DNA of 64,000 nucleotides, taken from contig CBDIDV010000002.1 in NCBI GenBank assembly GCA_965277875.1, positions 4,578,997-4,642,996 on the forward strand. The letters are read 5' to 3'. The notes below the pieces were generated by a model. The model did not search any database and was not told the DNA's origin. It saw only the letters and a program-made list of their open reading frames with translations. Positions 1 to 10,634 of this stretch are shown here, in pieces (within the stretch, counting starts at the first letter, position 1; every line of letters starts with the position of its first letter). Made by a program: the position numbers and the translations under genes. This stretch comes from Chthonomonadaceae bacterium. GTDB lineage: Bacteria; Armatimonadota; Chthonomonadetes; Chthonomonadales; Chthonomonadaceae.

Positions 1-144
1 CGTGTCAACGTGGATGGTTACGAACTTGCGGTCAAACTCCGGCTCAAGCAGAGACTTGAGCTTCTCATAGATCGCGGCCCCAAGCTGATCAAGTTCTTCC
101 AACTGCACACGGGTAATGAGTGGGTATGGCTCTTCTTCGGACAT
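1..144 (-). CDS. hypothetical protein, N-terminal part (continues past the window edge)
   Basis: ATG at 142-144 on the minus strand reads MSEEEPYPLITRVQLEELDQLGAAIYEKLKSLLEPEF... into the window edge, downstream of hisG on the same strand. No recognisable family. Confidence 0.3.
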   Translation of the reverse strand, partial: MSEEEPYPLITRVQLEELDQLGAAIYEKLKSLLEPEFDRKFVTIHVDT

Positions 145-207
145 CACATCAACTCCTGTTAAGCGCGAACATAGCGGGAGGTCTGCCGTAAATGCTTGCA
201 GACGTTG

Positions 208-1086
208 CTAGAAGACGACTTTGTTGAGCGGGTACTCCACGATGCCCTCGGCCCCGGCGCGTTTTAATTTGGGCAGCAGGTCGCGCACGGTGTCAATGGA
301 AACGATGATTTCCAGGGCGACCCAGTGCGGCGAGGCGAGCGGCGAGATGGTCGGGTTTTTCAGGGCGGGCAACAGGGCGGTCACGGTGTCCAGGGCATTT
401 GTCGGCACGTTCATTTTCAGGCCCACAAGCGTTTCGGCGTTTAATGCGCCGCGCAGGAGCAGGGCCATGTTCTCCACTTTGGCGCGTTTCCAGTCGTCCT
501 GCCACGCCGTTTTGTTGGCGATCAGGCGGGTCGTGGAGACAAGCAGAGTATCTATGATACGCAGGTTGTGCGCGCGCAGGCTGCTGCCGGTCTCGGTATT
601 GACGACAATGGCGTCTACAAGGTCGGGAACCTTTACCTCGTCCGCGCCCCACGAAAACTCCACGTCTACCTTGACATCGTGGGCGGCAAAATAGCGCTCG
701 GTCAGGCGCACGTACTCGGTCGCCACGCGTTTGCCCTGCAGGTCACGGGCCGAATGCATATTGGAGTCGTTCGGCACGGCCAGCACGACGCGGATAGGAT
801 TGAGCGTGACTTTAGAATACGTGAGTTCGGCCACTTCCTCGACTTGGCTGTCGTTGTCCTCGATCCAGTCCTTGCCGGTCAAGCCCGCGTCCAGGATGCC
901 GTGTTCCACGTAGCGCGGTATCTCCTGCGGGCGCAGCAGAATAGGATCGAGTTCGGGGTCGTCTACGGTCGGATGGTAGGAGCGCCCGCTGCTGGTGCGA
1001 AACTCGAAGCCCGCTTTTTTGAACAGGGCGAAGGTGGCTTCCTGCAGGCTGCCCTTGGGAATGCCGATTTTCAATTTGTGTTCCAT
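208..1086 (-). CDS. hisG: ATP phosphoribosyltransferase, long form with C-terminal regulatory domain
   Basis: Translation MEHKLKIGIPKGSLQEATFALFKKAGF...TGSSLRAHNL matches HisG PRPP-binding and C-terminal regulatory-domain signatures. The ORF track extends to 1185, but the family-typical start is the ATG at 1084-1086; the extra 33 codons upstream have no homology. Confidence 0.85.
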   Translation of the reverse strand: MEHKLKIGIPKGSLQEATFALFKKAGFEFRTSSGRSYHPTVDDPELDPILLRPQEIPRYVEHGILDAGLTGKDWIEDNDSQVEEVAELTYSKVTLNPIRVVLAVPNDSNMHSARDLQGKRVATEYVRLTERYFAAHDVKVDVEFSWGADEVKVPDLVDAIVVNTETGSSLRAHNLRIIDTLLVSTTRLIANKTAWQDDWKRAKVENMALLLRGALNAETLVGLKMNVPTNALDTVTALLPALKNPTISPLASPHWVALEIIVSIDTVRDLLPKLKRAGAEGIVEYPLNKVVF

Positions 1087-1384
1087 ATCCGGTTCCAATC
1101 TCGTCTGAACTAAAATCCTCAAGCCAAAATCTTCAAGCCAAAATTCTAAACTTGTTCTCGTCGCGTCGCTGCGGTGAACCGACAAAGATTTGATTGCAAC
1201 TGTTATGCTTACCGATAGGCGATGCGCTATTCAGCCCTCATTATAGCACAGCCCTTATCGGCGTTTCCTGATAATGGGCAGAATGGAAAATAGATACGGA
1301 CTACGAAAAGAAGAACGGAAGAAGGACAATGGAGAAAGAAGCGCACAGGCAGGACAAGCGGCGGGCGGCGTCGAACAAAATGCC

Positions 1385-2308
1385 ATGAACTCTGATAATC
1401 CTTCCGCCCTCGCCCTGAACCAATCGCGCGCTCAACATTTGATTGAAACCGACGCGTTGGCCGCGCTACTGGATACGCCTGATTTCCACACCCTCTATCG
1501 CGTCGTGGATATGCGCGGCTATGTGCGTACACACAATCTGCCCGATGGCAGGCAGACGGCGGATTATGTCGGCGCACCGGAGGAGTACGCGAGTTCTCAC
1601 ATTCCGGGCGCGGTGTATCTGGACTGGACACGCGACATCGTAGACCCGGACGACCCCGTTGCGGCCCAGCTTGCCCCACCCGATAAATTCGCCCGCGTAC
1701 TTGGGCAGGCGGGCATCGGAAGCGAGCATATCGTGATCGCGTATGACGCGCACCCGGCCAGTCAGTTCGCCACGCGCCTGTGGTGGGCATTGCGCGCGTA
1801 TGGACACCCCGCCGCGCTTGTGCTGAACGGCGGCTGGCCCAAATGGACACGGGAAAATCGGCCCGTCACGAACGCCCTGCCGGACTACGCGCCCGCCGTG
1901 TTCACGCCCCGCCCGCAGTCCGGCTGGCGCATGACCGCGGACGACGTCGCTGCGCGCCTCGCCGACCCCGACATGACCTTGCTGGACGCCCGCGACCACG
2001 CGCAGTATACCGGGCAGATCGCGCGCGGGACACGGGGCGGGCATATTCCCGGCGCAAAGAACGTGCCGCGTGAAGCCCTGCTCGCTCCCGACGGCACGTT
2101 CCGCACCGCTCTGGAACTGGAACAGATCGTGACCGCGTCGGGCGCGAACCCCGACAAACAAAACGTCGCGTACTGCAACGGCGGCGTGGCGGCTACGTCC
2201 GTGCTGTTCGCCCTGTCCATGCTCGGCTACTCGCGCCTGACCAACTACGACGGCTCCTGGAACGAGTGGAGCGAACGCGCCGACCTGCCCGTAGAAAAAA
2301 CTCTATAG
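1385..2308 (+). CDS. thiosulfate/3-mercaptopyruvate sulfurtransferase (tandem rhodanese domains)
   Basis: Two rhodanese-like halves; the second carries the catalytic-cysteine context VAYCNGGVAATSV (SseA/TST type). The ORF could begin at 1274. That extra N-terminal stretch is encoded by a purine-rich low-complexity tract (ERKKDNGERSAQAG), so the ATG at 1385 is preferred. Confidence 0.75.
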   Translation: MNSDNPSALALNQSRAQHLIETDALAALLDTPDFHTLYRVVDMRGYVRTHNLPDGRQTADYVGAPEEYASSHIPGAVYLDWTRDIVDPDDPVAAQLAPPDKFARVLGQAGIGSEHIVIAYDAHPASQFATRLWWALRAYGHPAALVLNGGWPKWTRENRPVTNALPDYAPAVFTPRPQSGWRMTADDVAARLADPDMTLLDARDHAQYTGQIARGTRGGHIPGAKNVPREALLAPDGTFRTALELEQIVTASGANPDKQNVAYCNGGVAATSVLFALSMLGYSRLTNYDGSWNEWSERADLPVEKTL

Positions 2309-2337
2309 CGAATCATAGAGAACAGGAAGTGTGCCTT

Positions 2338-3225
2338 ATGTCTCTAAGTACAAAGCGATTGAGCGGTGTGCTGACCGCGATATTGACGCCGTTCGACGTG
2401 AACGGCGATCTGGCCCTGGAACATTTCCCGGCCCTGCTGGGCTTTCAGCGGAATGCGGGCATTGACGGCGTGATCGTGTGCGGCACGAACGGGGAAGGCA
2501 CGTCGCTTTCCGTAAGCGAACGTAAGCTGGCTCTGGAAGCGGTAATGGCGCATCGGGGGGACTTGGCGGTTGTGGCGGGAACCGGAGCCGTGAGCATTAC
2601 GGACGCCATAGAACTGACGCGTCATGCCGCAAACGTGGGCGCGGACGCGGTTCTTGTGCTGCCGCCGTTCTTCTACAAAAATCCGAGCGCGCAAGGGCTG
2701 GCGGACTACTTCAAAGCCGTTCTGGACGCCGCGCCCATCCCAAATCTGCTGTACAACATTCCGCAGCACAGCGCGGTCGAGGTGACGGACGAGGTCTTGA
2801 CCCTGCTGCATGGACACCCCAATCTGGCGGGACTGAAAGACAGTTCGGGCGAGTGGGCGAGCGCCCTGCACTACATCGAAACGTACCCCGATCTGCAAAT
2901 TTTCGCGGGCAGCGACAAACTGGCGAGCCGCAGCTTCGCGCAGGGCGCAAACAGCATATCGGGCGGCGCGAACATGTTTCCCGAAGTGGTCACAGCCATA
3001 CGGGACGCGGCAAGGCAGGGCCTGGAGCAGGCACAGGCCGCGCAAGCCCGCGCCGACGCCGCATTCGCCATCACCACGCGCTACCCCTTTATCTCGACCA
3101 GCAAAAGCGTGATCGCGCAGCGCGGCCTGCCGCGCCTGGGCGTTCGCCCGCCCCTCGTTCCCCTCTCCCACGCGCAGGAACAGAGCCTGATTGCGGAGCT
3201 TACCTCGGCGGGTCTGCTGTCTTGA
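2338..3225 (+). CDS. DapA-family class I aldolase (dihydrodipicolinate synthase-like lyase)
   Basis: GTNGEGTSLS matches the DapA/NAL GxxGE motif and (beta/alpha)8 pattern. ATG at 2338. The stop TGA lies inside the left arm of a palindromic repeat. Confidence 0.7.
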   Translation: MSLSTKRLSGVLTAILTPFDVNGDLALEHFPALLGFQRNAGIDGVIVCGTNGEGTSLSVSERKLALEAVMAHRGDLAVVAGTGAVSITDAIELTRHAANVGADAVLVLPPFFYKNPSAQGLADYFKAVLDAAPIPNLLYNIPQHSAVEVTDEVLTLLHGHPNLAGLKDSSGEWASALHYIETYPDLQIFAGSDKLASRSFAQGANSISGGANMFPEVVTAIRDAARQGLEQAQAAQARADAAFAITTRYPFISTSKSVIAQRGLPRLGVRPPLVPLSHAQEQSLIAELTSAGLLS

Positions 3226-3336
3226 ACTGTGATGCGATTGTCTGAACCATGATTTATCGGATTAAGATGACTACCATGATTAGATGCGTCTTCGTCATGG
3301 TAATCGTTTAATCAGACGCATCACAGCTCAAGACAA
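3219..3336. repeat. palindromic intergenic element (family R3 variant) with GTCTTGAAC / GTTCAAGAC ends
   Basis: gtcttgaactgtgatgcg ... cgcatcacagctcaagacaac inverted arms. The stop codons of both convergent flanking genes (3225 TGA and 3328 TGA) sit inside the GTCTTGA ends. Confidence 0.55.
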
Positions 3337-4221
3337 CGAAAGACGGTCGTTCAGCCAAACGAGCAAATCGGAAAATACCTGTTCGCGGTCAGGCAGGCGT
3401 TCGTTATAAACCTCGTGCATCAGGCCGGGGTACAAGTGCCAGGTGTGCGTGGTCTGAGGGTGGGCTGAGGTCAACAGATCATAGACGGTTTTGGACTCGG
3501 TGGGTGAGCAGACCTGATCCGCGCCGCCCGCCTGCCATAGCGTGGGCCAGTGAACGCCTGCCACATCGAAATGCGCCTGCGCCATTGCGCGATACGTCGC
3601 CATAAACCACGCGGGCGTGGTAAAGCCGGGCATCAACGGATCGTTAAGGGCGGCCTGCTGCTCTACGACATCGTGCGTGAGCAGTTCGGGGCGCAGCTTG
3701 AGGGGGAAATGGTAATTGGGTGCGACGCGGGCCAGAACTTTGCCCAGCGCGGCCTGCCACGCGGGAACCGGAAAGCCCACGCCCAGCAGCGGCCCGCTCA
3801 AAACGGTTCCGGCAAAGGGAAAGGCGTGTTCCCTCTGAGCGTGACGCAGCGCGACCAGTCCGCCCATGCTATGCCCGAACACAAAGGCAGGAACGTCGCC
3901 GGCAATGCCCTGCCTCAGACGCGCATAGGCGGTGTCCAGATCGGCGACATACGTGTCGTAATCGTCAATCACCATGCGCGGCCCGCCCGAACGCCCCATG
4001 CCCCGATGATCGCAGCCGCCGACTCGAAAACCTTTCGTGGTCAACTGCCGCGCCAGCCTGCCGTAGCGTCCCAGATGCTCGCCGTAGCCGTGCGACAGCA
4101 GGATCGTGGCCCTGCCTTCGGAGTGGGGCAGATCGGGCATCCATTCGGTGTAGTGCAGCGGCGTGCCGTCGGGCGCGGTCAGAAGCGTTTCAATGTCTGC
4201 GGCTGTATTCGGCACGGTCAT
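3328..4221 (-). CDS. alpha/beta hydrolase (lysophospholipase / monoglyceride lipase-like)
   Basis: HGYGEH oxyanion region and GHSMGG nucleophile elbow, 297 aa. Confidence 0.8.
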   Translation of the reverse strand: MTVPNTAADIETLLTAPDGTPLHYTEWMPDLPHSEGRATILLSHGYGEHLGRYGRLARQLTTKGFRVGGCDHRGMGRSGGPRMVIDDYDTYVADLDTAYARLRQGIAGDVPAFVFGHSMGGLVALRHAQREHAFPFAGTVLSGPLLGVGFPVPAWQAALGKVLARVAPNYHFPLKLRPELLTHDVVEQQAALNDPLMPGFTTPAWFMATYRAMAQAHFDVAGVHWPTLWQAGGADQVCSPTESKTVYDLLTSAHPQTTHTWHLYPGLMHEVYNERLPDREQVFSDLLVWLNDRLSLS

Positions 4222-4345
4222 AACATTCTTCCTTGTTCTTTGTTTGTGAAACGTCGTTCGCTCCCGCCCGTACTACGCTGTAATTATACTCTGGTATGCA
4301 AACCTGCTTCATCGTGTTTACACGCCCCGCGTACTTGTGCCATAA

Positions 4346-5749
<1,404 letters not shown>

Positions 5750-5755
5750 GGTTAT

Positions 5756-5984
5756 GCACCGCGAAACACGCCCAACAAACGAAACGAATACAAATACAAG
5801 AGGAGTTATCCACAGATTACGCAGATTTACACAGATTACGATGCAACAAAGATATGACAGGAAACTTTCTGCTCCAAGCCATTATCTGTTGTGAAATCCT
5901 GTAAATCTTGAAAATCCTGTTAATCCTGTCTATGGATTGGATCTCTTGTCTGTCTCTTTACGTTTGTTTGGCGTGTTTCGCGGT
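5756..5984. repeat. MITE-like element (family R2, copy 1) with ~22 bp terminal inverted repeats
   Basis: Ends gcaccgcgaaacacgcccaacaaacg / cgtttgtttggcgtgtttcgcggt. Conserved core ttatccacagattacgcagat...acagattac and aatcctgtaaatcttgaaaatcctgttaatcctgtc, shared with copies at 31.0 and 32.8 kb. Confidence 0.6.
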
Positions 5985-6006
5985 TTATTATGATCGAGGT
6001 GCAGGA

Positions 6007-6261
6007 ATGACGGGGCTTGAGCAGGAATATCACTGGTATGTTATAGGGTGTGACCGGCTGGGGCAGACGGCTTTAGGTCAGGCGGAGTTTGCGGCGCGGT
6101 GGCAGGAGTTGGAAGACCATGCCGAACGCCTGAAAGCCGCTGATGCGGGCAGAACGCTGGCCGACCTGGACGCGCAGGCGCGGGCCGACATGGAAAGCCG
6201 CGTCAAGGACGATCCATTTGTCAAAGCCGTGCTTGTCGGCATGGCCGAGGCGAGTGTGTAG
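6007..6261 (+). CDS. hypothetical protein (85 aa)
   Basis: ATG with a GAGGTG ribosome-binding site 7 nt upstream and coding-like GC3. No recognisable family. The longer ORF beginning at 5908 runs through the repeat and is rejected. Confidence 0.4.
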   Translation: MTGLEQEYHWYVIGCDRLGQTALGQAEFAARWQELEDHAERLKAADAGRTLADLDAQARADMESRVKDDPFVKAVLVGMAEASV

Positions 6262-6328
6262 CTTCGGGGATGTTTTGTTTAGACGGGAGTTTCAGCCCCC
6301 GGCACACGGCTAAAAGCTGCACAGCATT

Positions 6329-6697
6329 TTGTTTGGTATTTTGTTTGCTGAGGATACGCCGATCACTGCGACCACGCACAATCAGTCGTCCCGTAGACCA
6401 CGACGGACGCCGCTCCTGCAGCGGCGTCCTATCGTGGCGATTCTTACCGTGGGTATTTGCCTCGCGCTGTGCTTCCTGGGCGTGAATGCGGCCTATCCGT
6501 TTGTGCAGGCGCGGCACTATCGCGAAGCGAACGACGAGGTGCAGCGCGAAATCAGCCGCACCGCTATCCAGAACCAGAATGACGCCAGAAAGCTGGAAGC
6601 CCTGAAAACGCGCGACGGTCAGATATTCAATGCCCGTCAGCGCGGCTTCCTCTTTCCCGGCGAGCGCAAGCTGCGTATCCCCGGCGTGCGGCAGTAG
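6329..6697 (+). CDS. septum formation initiator-like protein (FtsB/DivIC family), start uncertain
   Basis: Single TM helix (IVAILTVGICLALCFLGV) followed by a coiled coil and a C-terminal ...IFNARQRGFLFPGERKL resembling the DivIC/FtsB tail. TTG start at 6329 or GTG at 6433. Confidence 0.45.
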   Translation: MFGILFAEDTPITATTHNQSSRRPRRTPLLQRRPIVAILTVGICLALCFLGVNAAYPFVQARHYREANDEVQREISRTAIQNQNDARKLEALKTRDGQIFNARQRGFLFPGERKLRIPGVRQ

Positions 6698-6743
6698 GGC
6701 GTACCGGACTGTTTACCCGCCTCTATATAGAAAAACTTGTAGC

Positions 6744-6783
6744 AAAACCGGGCGCAAGTCAACTGACTTGCGCCCGGTTTTTG
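6744..6783. terminator. bidirectional rho-independent terminator
   Basis: aaaaccgggcgcaagtca-ac-tgacttgcgcccggttttt between convergent genes. A-tract upstream and T-tract downstream. Confidence 0.65.
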
Positions 6784-6830
6784 CCGCGTTCTGCGGTTCT
6801 GTCGCAAGCCGTGGCGGCATGATCTCGCAG

Positions 6831-7043
6831 CTAACCGCCCGGAGCGCCGCTGCGCGTGATTACTTGCTTGGGCGCGCGGCCAGGAATAGCGGGAATCGGG
6901 TCGGCTTTGACATCGCTCGGCTTGGTCTGTTCGCGGGGAGGGTTGCCGTCGCTCGTCAGCATCTTCCATCCCATACCCAGAACGAGCAGGACGACGACGA
7001 CGACCGCCCCAATGATGACACCCTGCGGCATTTCTTTTTTCAC
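6831..7043 (-). CDS. small single-pass membrane protein with Pro-rich tail (70 aa)
   Basis: GTG start with GGAGG 7 nt upstream. TM segment VIIGAVVVVVLLVLGMGW. Lies immediately downstream of a DUF1559 pseudopilin gene. Confidence 0.45.
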   Translation of the reverse strand: MKKEMPQGVIIGAVVVVVLLVLGMGWKMLTSDGNPPREQTKPSDVKADPIPAIPGRAPKQVITRSGAPGG

Positions 7044-7142
7044 AACGAACCTCCAGATTCTGACTGCACACCGGCAGCGCAGGCGATCCTGAATCGGGAC
7101 AGGAAGGCGGTCGGGGATGGATGCCTGCCGCCTTCCTGTCGT

Positions 7143-8051
7143 TTAGTAGCCGCAGTAGTGGCCCTGCGACGTGGTAAAGTCGTAGTCGGGGCGGAACAGG
7201 TAAGCGTGGTCATACTGGGCGTCGTACCAGCTTAACTGCGCATACGCGTTTTTGTCATACGTGCAGTAAGGATCGGTCATCCATCCGTTGCGGGCGGGCT
7301 GTACCACGGCTGCCATCGTGCGGAATTTCGTGTGTCCATCGGCATACGTAAACACCTGCCCGTTGCCGTGCGTCGTCATGGGGCCATCCACGTTGCCGCC
7401 GTTCCACAGATAATCGTAGCAGCCATCTGTGCTGCAGGAGCCATTGCTTTTCACGGCCGTATACGTGCATCCCGCGCTGCCGTCGCACTCCATGTCCGGG
7501 TTGGCGGTCTGATAGCCGAGCAATTTGGCCTTGCCGTCGCCTTCCCACACGGCGGGGCAGGAGGCGGGATTGGCGATGCCCGCGAGCGTATAGCCATGCA
7601 GATCGCCGTTGAAGCTATATGTGACGGGAACCGGCGCGACCGCGCCCGGCGTCGGCAATCCCGACAGCTTCACAAGCTGCGCGCTGGGGCAGGCCAGCAC
7701 CTGATAGTTCTTTATGTAGGGCTGTGTGGAGTTGGCCCAGAACTGCGAGTAGGCGGTGGTGAGAGCGGCGGACTGGCCCGGAATCCAGTTGGCCGGAACC
7801 GACATGAAGTAGTACCACAGCCACTGCCCGTTGTACTTGGGATAGGCGAGGGCATACGTTTCATCGTAGTCCTGCACGTACATCATCAGGCCCGTACCCA
7901 GTTGTTTCTGGTTGGACAGGCACGATGTCTGGCGGGCCTTTTCGCGGGCCTGAGCGAAGACGGGGAAGAGGATCGCGGCGAGGATCGCGATGATGGCGAT
8001 GACCACGAGCAGTTCGATGAGGGTAAACCCTCGACGTAAACCAGAACGCAT
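7143..8051 (-). CDS. prepilin-type N-terminal cleavage/methylation domain + DUF1559 (H-X9-DG) protein
   Basis: [32 protein letters not shown] class III signal. [12 protein letters not shown] and C-terminal [12 protein letters not shown]9-DG motif. Confidence 0.85.
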   Translation of the reverse strand: MRSGLRRGFTLIELLVVIAIIAILAAILFPVFAQAREKARQTSCLSNQKQLGTGLMMYVQDYDETYALAYPKYNGQWLWYYFMSVPANWIPGQSAALTTAYSQFWANSTQPYIKNYQVLACPSAQLVKLSGLPTPGAVAPVPVTYSFNGDLHGYTLAGIANPASCPAVWEGDGKAKLLGYQTANPDMECDGSAGCTYTAVKSNGSCSTDGCYDYLWNGGNVDGPMTTHGNGQVFTYADGHTKFRTMAAVVQPARNGWMTDPYCTYDKNAYAQLSWYDAQYDHAYLFRPDYDFTTSQGHYCGY

Positions 8052-8500
8052 GACAAGACTCCTTCTGACAACAGTTGAGCGACGTACAGAAATAGGGCCT
8101 ACTTCATTGTATGCGTGTTTGCAGCGAACGATGCGGTTGTGCGCACAGGTAGAAAAGCAACATCAGCCACGCCACAACAGGCGCAGGCAGGCGGTCAGCA
8201 GGGACGCGCGGGCGAAACGAGGGACAAACCTTGTCGGGGACAACAACAGCGTCGTCAACAGCAAATCAGCAGTACACTATCAGGATGTTATTATAACATA
8301 TACAACGAGTGTATTGTACACCAATAGGACGAATTTATAGGAAGGGCGCACCAAAATTGTCCAAATCGTTCATAGGTCTAAATCCTCGTCCAGCTACACG
8401 CTCTGCGGTATAGCGCAGAAATTGGTAACAAAAGCGGCGTGTTCAGCAAAACTGCCGAACACGCCGCTTCTAATAAGCGAGAACATCTGCATAGACCGAG

Positions 8501-8704
8501 CTATTTAGACGAGTCGAAGGTGGGAGCCTGAGGCGCAGAGGCGTTGGTACCACTAGATGGCTTCGCGCCGCCTTTGTCTTTTACAGCGGGAGTAGAGGAA
8601 GCACTGGACTGATCCTCTCCGCTCTTTGAACAGCCTGCGAGCATAGATAAACCCAGCAGACCGAACAAACAGAGGGCGATATGCAGATGGCGACGTGAGT
8701 GCAT
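8501..8704 (-). CDS. small lipoprotein, Ser/Ala/Pro-rich (67 aa)
   Basis: AAGGAG ribosome-binding site. Signal peptide with LAGC lipobox. Sits downstream of a DUF1559 gene. Confidence 0.6.
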   Translation of the reverse strand: MHSRRHLHIALCLFGLLGLSMLAGCSKSGEDQSSASSTPAVKDKGGAKPSSGTNASAPQAPTFDSSK

Positions 8705-8785
8705 AAATAAGCTCCTTTTTGGAATAATTTTGGAAGAAGACGCAACAACTTGTGTAAATTGTTGCGTCTCAGCTGGTGACTGTTG

Positions 8786-9667
8786 TCAGAAATCATTGTC
8801 AGGGCGGAAGAAGTAGAAATGACCGTTGGAAAACCAAGCGCCCTGCGGCAGACCAGCCGCACTGTAGTTCACAAACGGGTCATTGTTATAGTCCGTTTGC
8901 TGTGGCGCTATAACCTGAGTTGATAAATGCTTAAGCTTGACATGACCATCGGCATAGGCATACGTCATGCCCTGTCCATGCACGTTGGCAGTGTCGGTAA
9001 AGCCAAACCATGAACTGGCCAACCCATTCTTAATGGACGGGTCGGTCGTGCCGTTATGATAGACACAGGGCTTGGTGGCATCGGGGCATTGCAGAACGGG
9101 ATTGGATATGTAGTATCCATTGTAATAACCTTTACCGTAGTTCTCGGTAATCATGGCCGTACTGGCAGGCCGTACCACGCCTGACAGCGGGTAGCCCATC
9201 AGCAAACCGTTGTAGACGGAGGACACTTTTTGCGGTAACGGCGCACCCGCAGACTGCGTGACCTTTGTAGGGTTTTGCGTCGCCGCATCCGGGCAAAGCT
9301 CAACTCCGTAGTTTTTGGTGTAGGTCTGAACGGAGTTGGCCCATGACAGAGTGGTATAGTTCGTGTAGTTGGCTCCGCATACGCCATTCGCGCAGGCCGT
9401 GTTATAGGGAACGGGAGTCAAATAGTTTGTCGTCCAACCAATTCCCTGATAGAAGCCACAGGCGAGAGGGAAAGTCTCGTCGGAATCCTGCGTGTACATC
9501 AGAGTCGCTGTAGCCAACTGCTTTTGGTCGCTAATACAAGCGGTCTGGCGGGCTTTGGCGCGGGCCTGGGCGAAGACGGGGAAGAGAATGGCGGCAAGGA
9601 TCGCGATGATGGCGATGACCACGAGCAGTTCAATGAGGGTAAACCCCCGGCGTAAATCGGAACGCAT
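8786..9667 (-). CDS. prepilin-type N-terminal domain + DUF1559 protein (paralog 2)
   Basis: [48 protein letters not shown] ... [10 protein letters not shown]. The first ~150 nt are nearly identical to the paralogs at 8051 and 11489. The ORF track extends to 9787 but the ATG at 9665-9667 matches the family start. Confidence 0.85.
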   Translation of the reverse strand: MRSDLRRGFTLIELLVVIAIIAILAAILFPVFAQARAKARQTACISDQKQLATATLMYTQDSDETFPLACGFYQGIGWTTNYLTPVPYNTACANGVCGANYTNYTTLSWANSVQTYTKNYGVELCPDAATQNPTKVTQSAGAPLPQKVSSVYNGLLMGYPLSGVVRPASTAMITENYGKGYYNGYYISNPVLQCPDATKPCVYHNGTTDPSIKNGLASSWFGFTDTANVHGQGMTYAYADGHVKLKHLSTQVIAPQQTDYNNDPFVNYSAAGLPQGAWFSNGHFYFFRPDNDF

Positions 9668-10260
9668 AACAAAAATTCTCCTGAGAAGCGGTACGTGACG
9701 GCGGGCGCAAGCGACATGCAGGCGACCCACACAAAGGATAAAGAGAGCGCAAGATGCAAAAAACGCGCAGAGCCTGCGCGAATGCAATGCAGCTTGTGAC
9801 GCGCCTTTGCGCCGAAAGCGTCCTACGTCAGAGTAGAACTAACCCCTGCCTCAGCCGAAGTGAAAATGAAAGTGCAGATACATCAAGGCTGTGGAAAAAG
9901 GATAACACTATCATAACATACTTTTACGCGCTTTGTCAGCATTTAGAGCAGTCAGCAGAAATATTAGATGAAAATACCGCGTTGCCAGTCTTCGCTCAAG
10001 CCAGCCGCTACGGAAAACACAGCGGCGCGTTTACCATCTACTCTGAACGCGCCGCCGGACTTTTCCATGCCACAGAAGCCGAAGCGTCAGGGGGTTAGAT
10101 ATTGACCCCGTCAACAACCAGAGGGGGATCGTTCGCCGGGTAGAAGAATATACCGCCCGAACTATCATGGCCGGTTTGGTATCCGGTAAAGTTGACTGTC
10201 CAGACACCTGACGACAAAACGGATGTGTCAAACTGAAGGTCTATGTTGACACAGGCACGA

Positions 10261-10300
10261 ACAGGGCGCAAGACTATTGTCTTGCGCCCTGTTCATTTAT
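10261..10300 (+). terminator. rho-independent terminator-like hairpin
   Basis: acagggcgcaagac-tatt-gtcttgcgccctgt followed by tcatttatgttgatttt. The T-tract is on the plus strand only. Confidence 0.5.
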
Positions 10301-10383
10301 GTTGATTTTGCGATGCAGGATGATTAAAAGAGGTATTCACTCTTCTAACCTGCTGAACATCCGCACTGCGCCAATTGGAGACG

Positions 10384-10586
10384 CTACTCGGTGTGTGTAG
10401 AAGGAACGCTTCCTGCGGGTTTGCTTCCTGCGGGCGCTGTTGTCGTCGCGCCGCCGGGGGCGCTTCGCGGCGTGATCGTCGGCGCCACAGCGGCGGGGCC
10501 ATCATCATGGCTGCAACCGATAAGGCCGGGCAAAGCGACCAGGGTTAAAGCCATCAGGGCGGACACTCGGAAACATACTTTAATGT
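10384..10586 (-). CDS. small lipoprotein, Pro/Ala/Thr-rich (67 aa)
   Basis: GTG start with GGAGA upstream. Signal MNIKVCFRVSALMALTLVALPGLIGC lipobox. Downstream of a DUF1559 gene. Confidence 0.5.
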
Positions 10587-10634
10587 TCACTATCGTTCTC
10601 CAGCGAAAATAGTTGCAACGGATACACACGATCA

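Noticed and set aside
1087-1185. 33-codon N-terminal extension of hisG suggested by the ORF track (MSVHRSDATRTSLEFWLEDFGLRILVQTRLEPD)
   Set aside because: No similarity to HisG. The family-typical start (MEHKLKIGIPKGSL) is the internal ATG at 1086. The extension is most likely non-coding read-through.
5908-6006. Longer start (MKILLILSMDW...) for the small ORF at 6007-6261
   Set aside because: The extra codons are encoded by the right arm of the R2 repeat element. The ATG at 6007 has a good ribosome-binding site.
9754-10098. 114-aa plus-strand ORF between DUF1559 cassettes, upstream of the hairpin at 10261
   Set aside because: Low-complexity translation, no ribosome-binding site and AT-rich promoter-like composition. 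More likely the 5' UTR or promoter region of the downstream minus-strand cassette. The terminator-like hairpin is reported separately.
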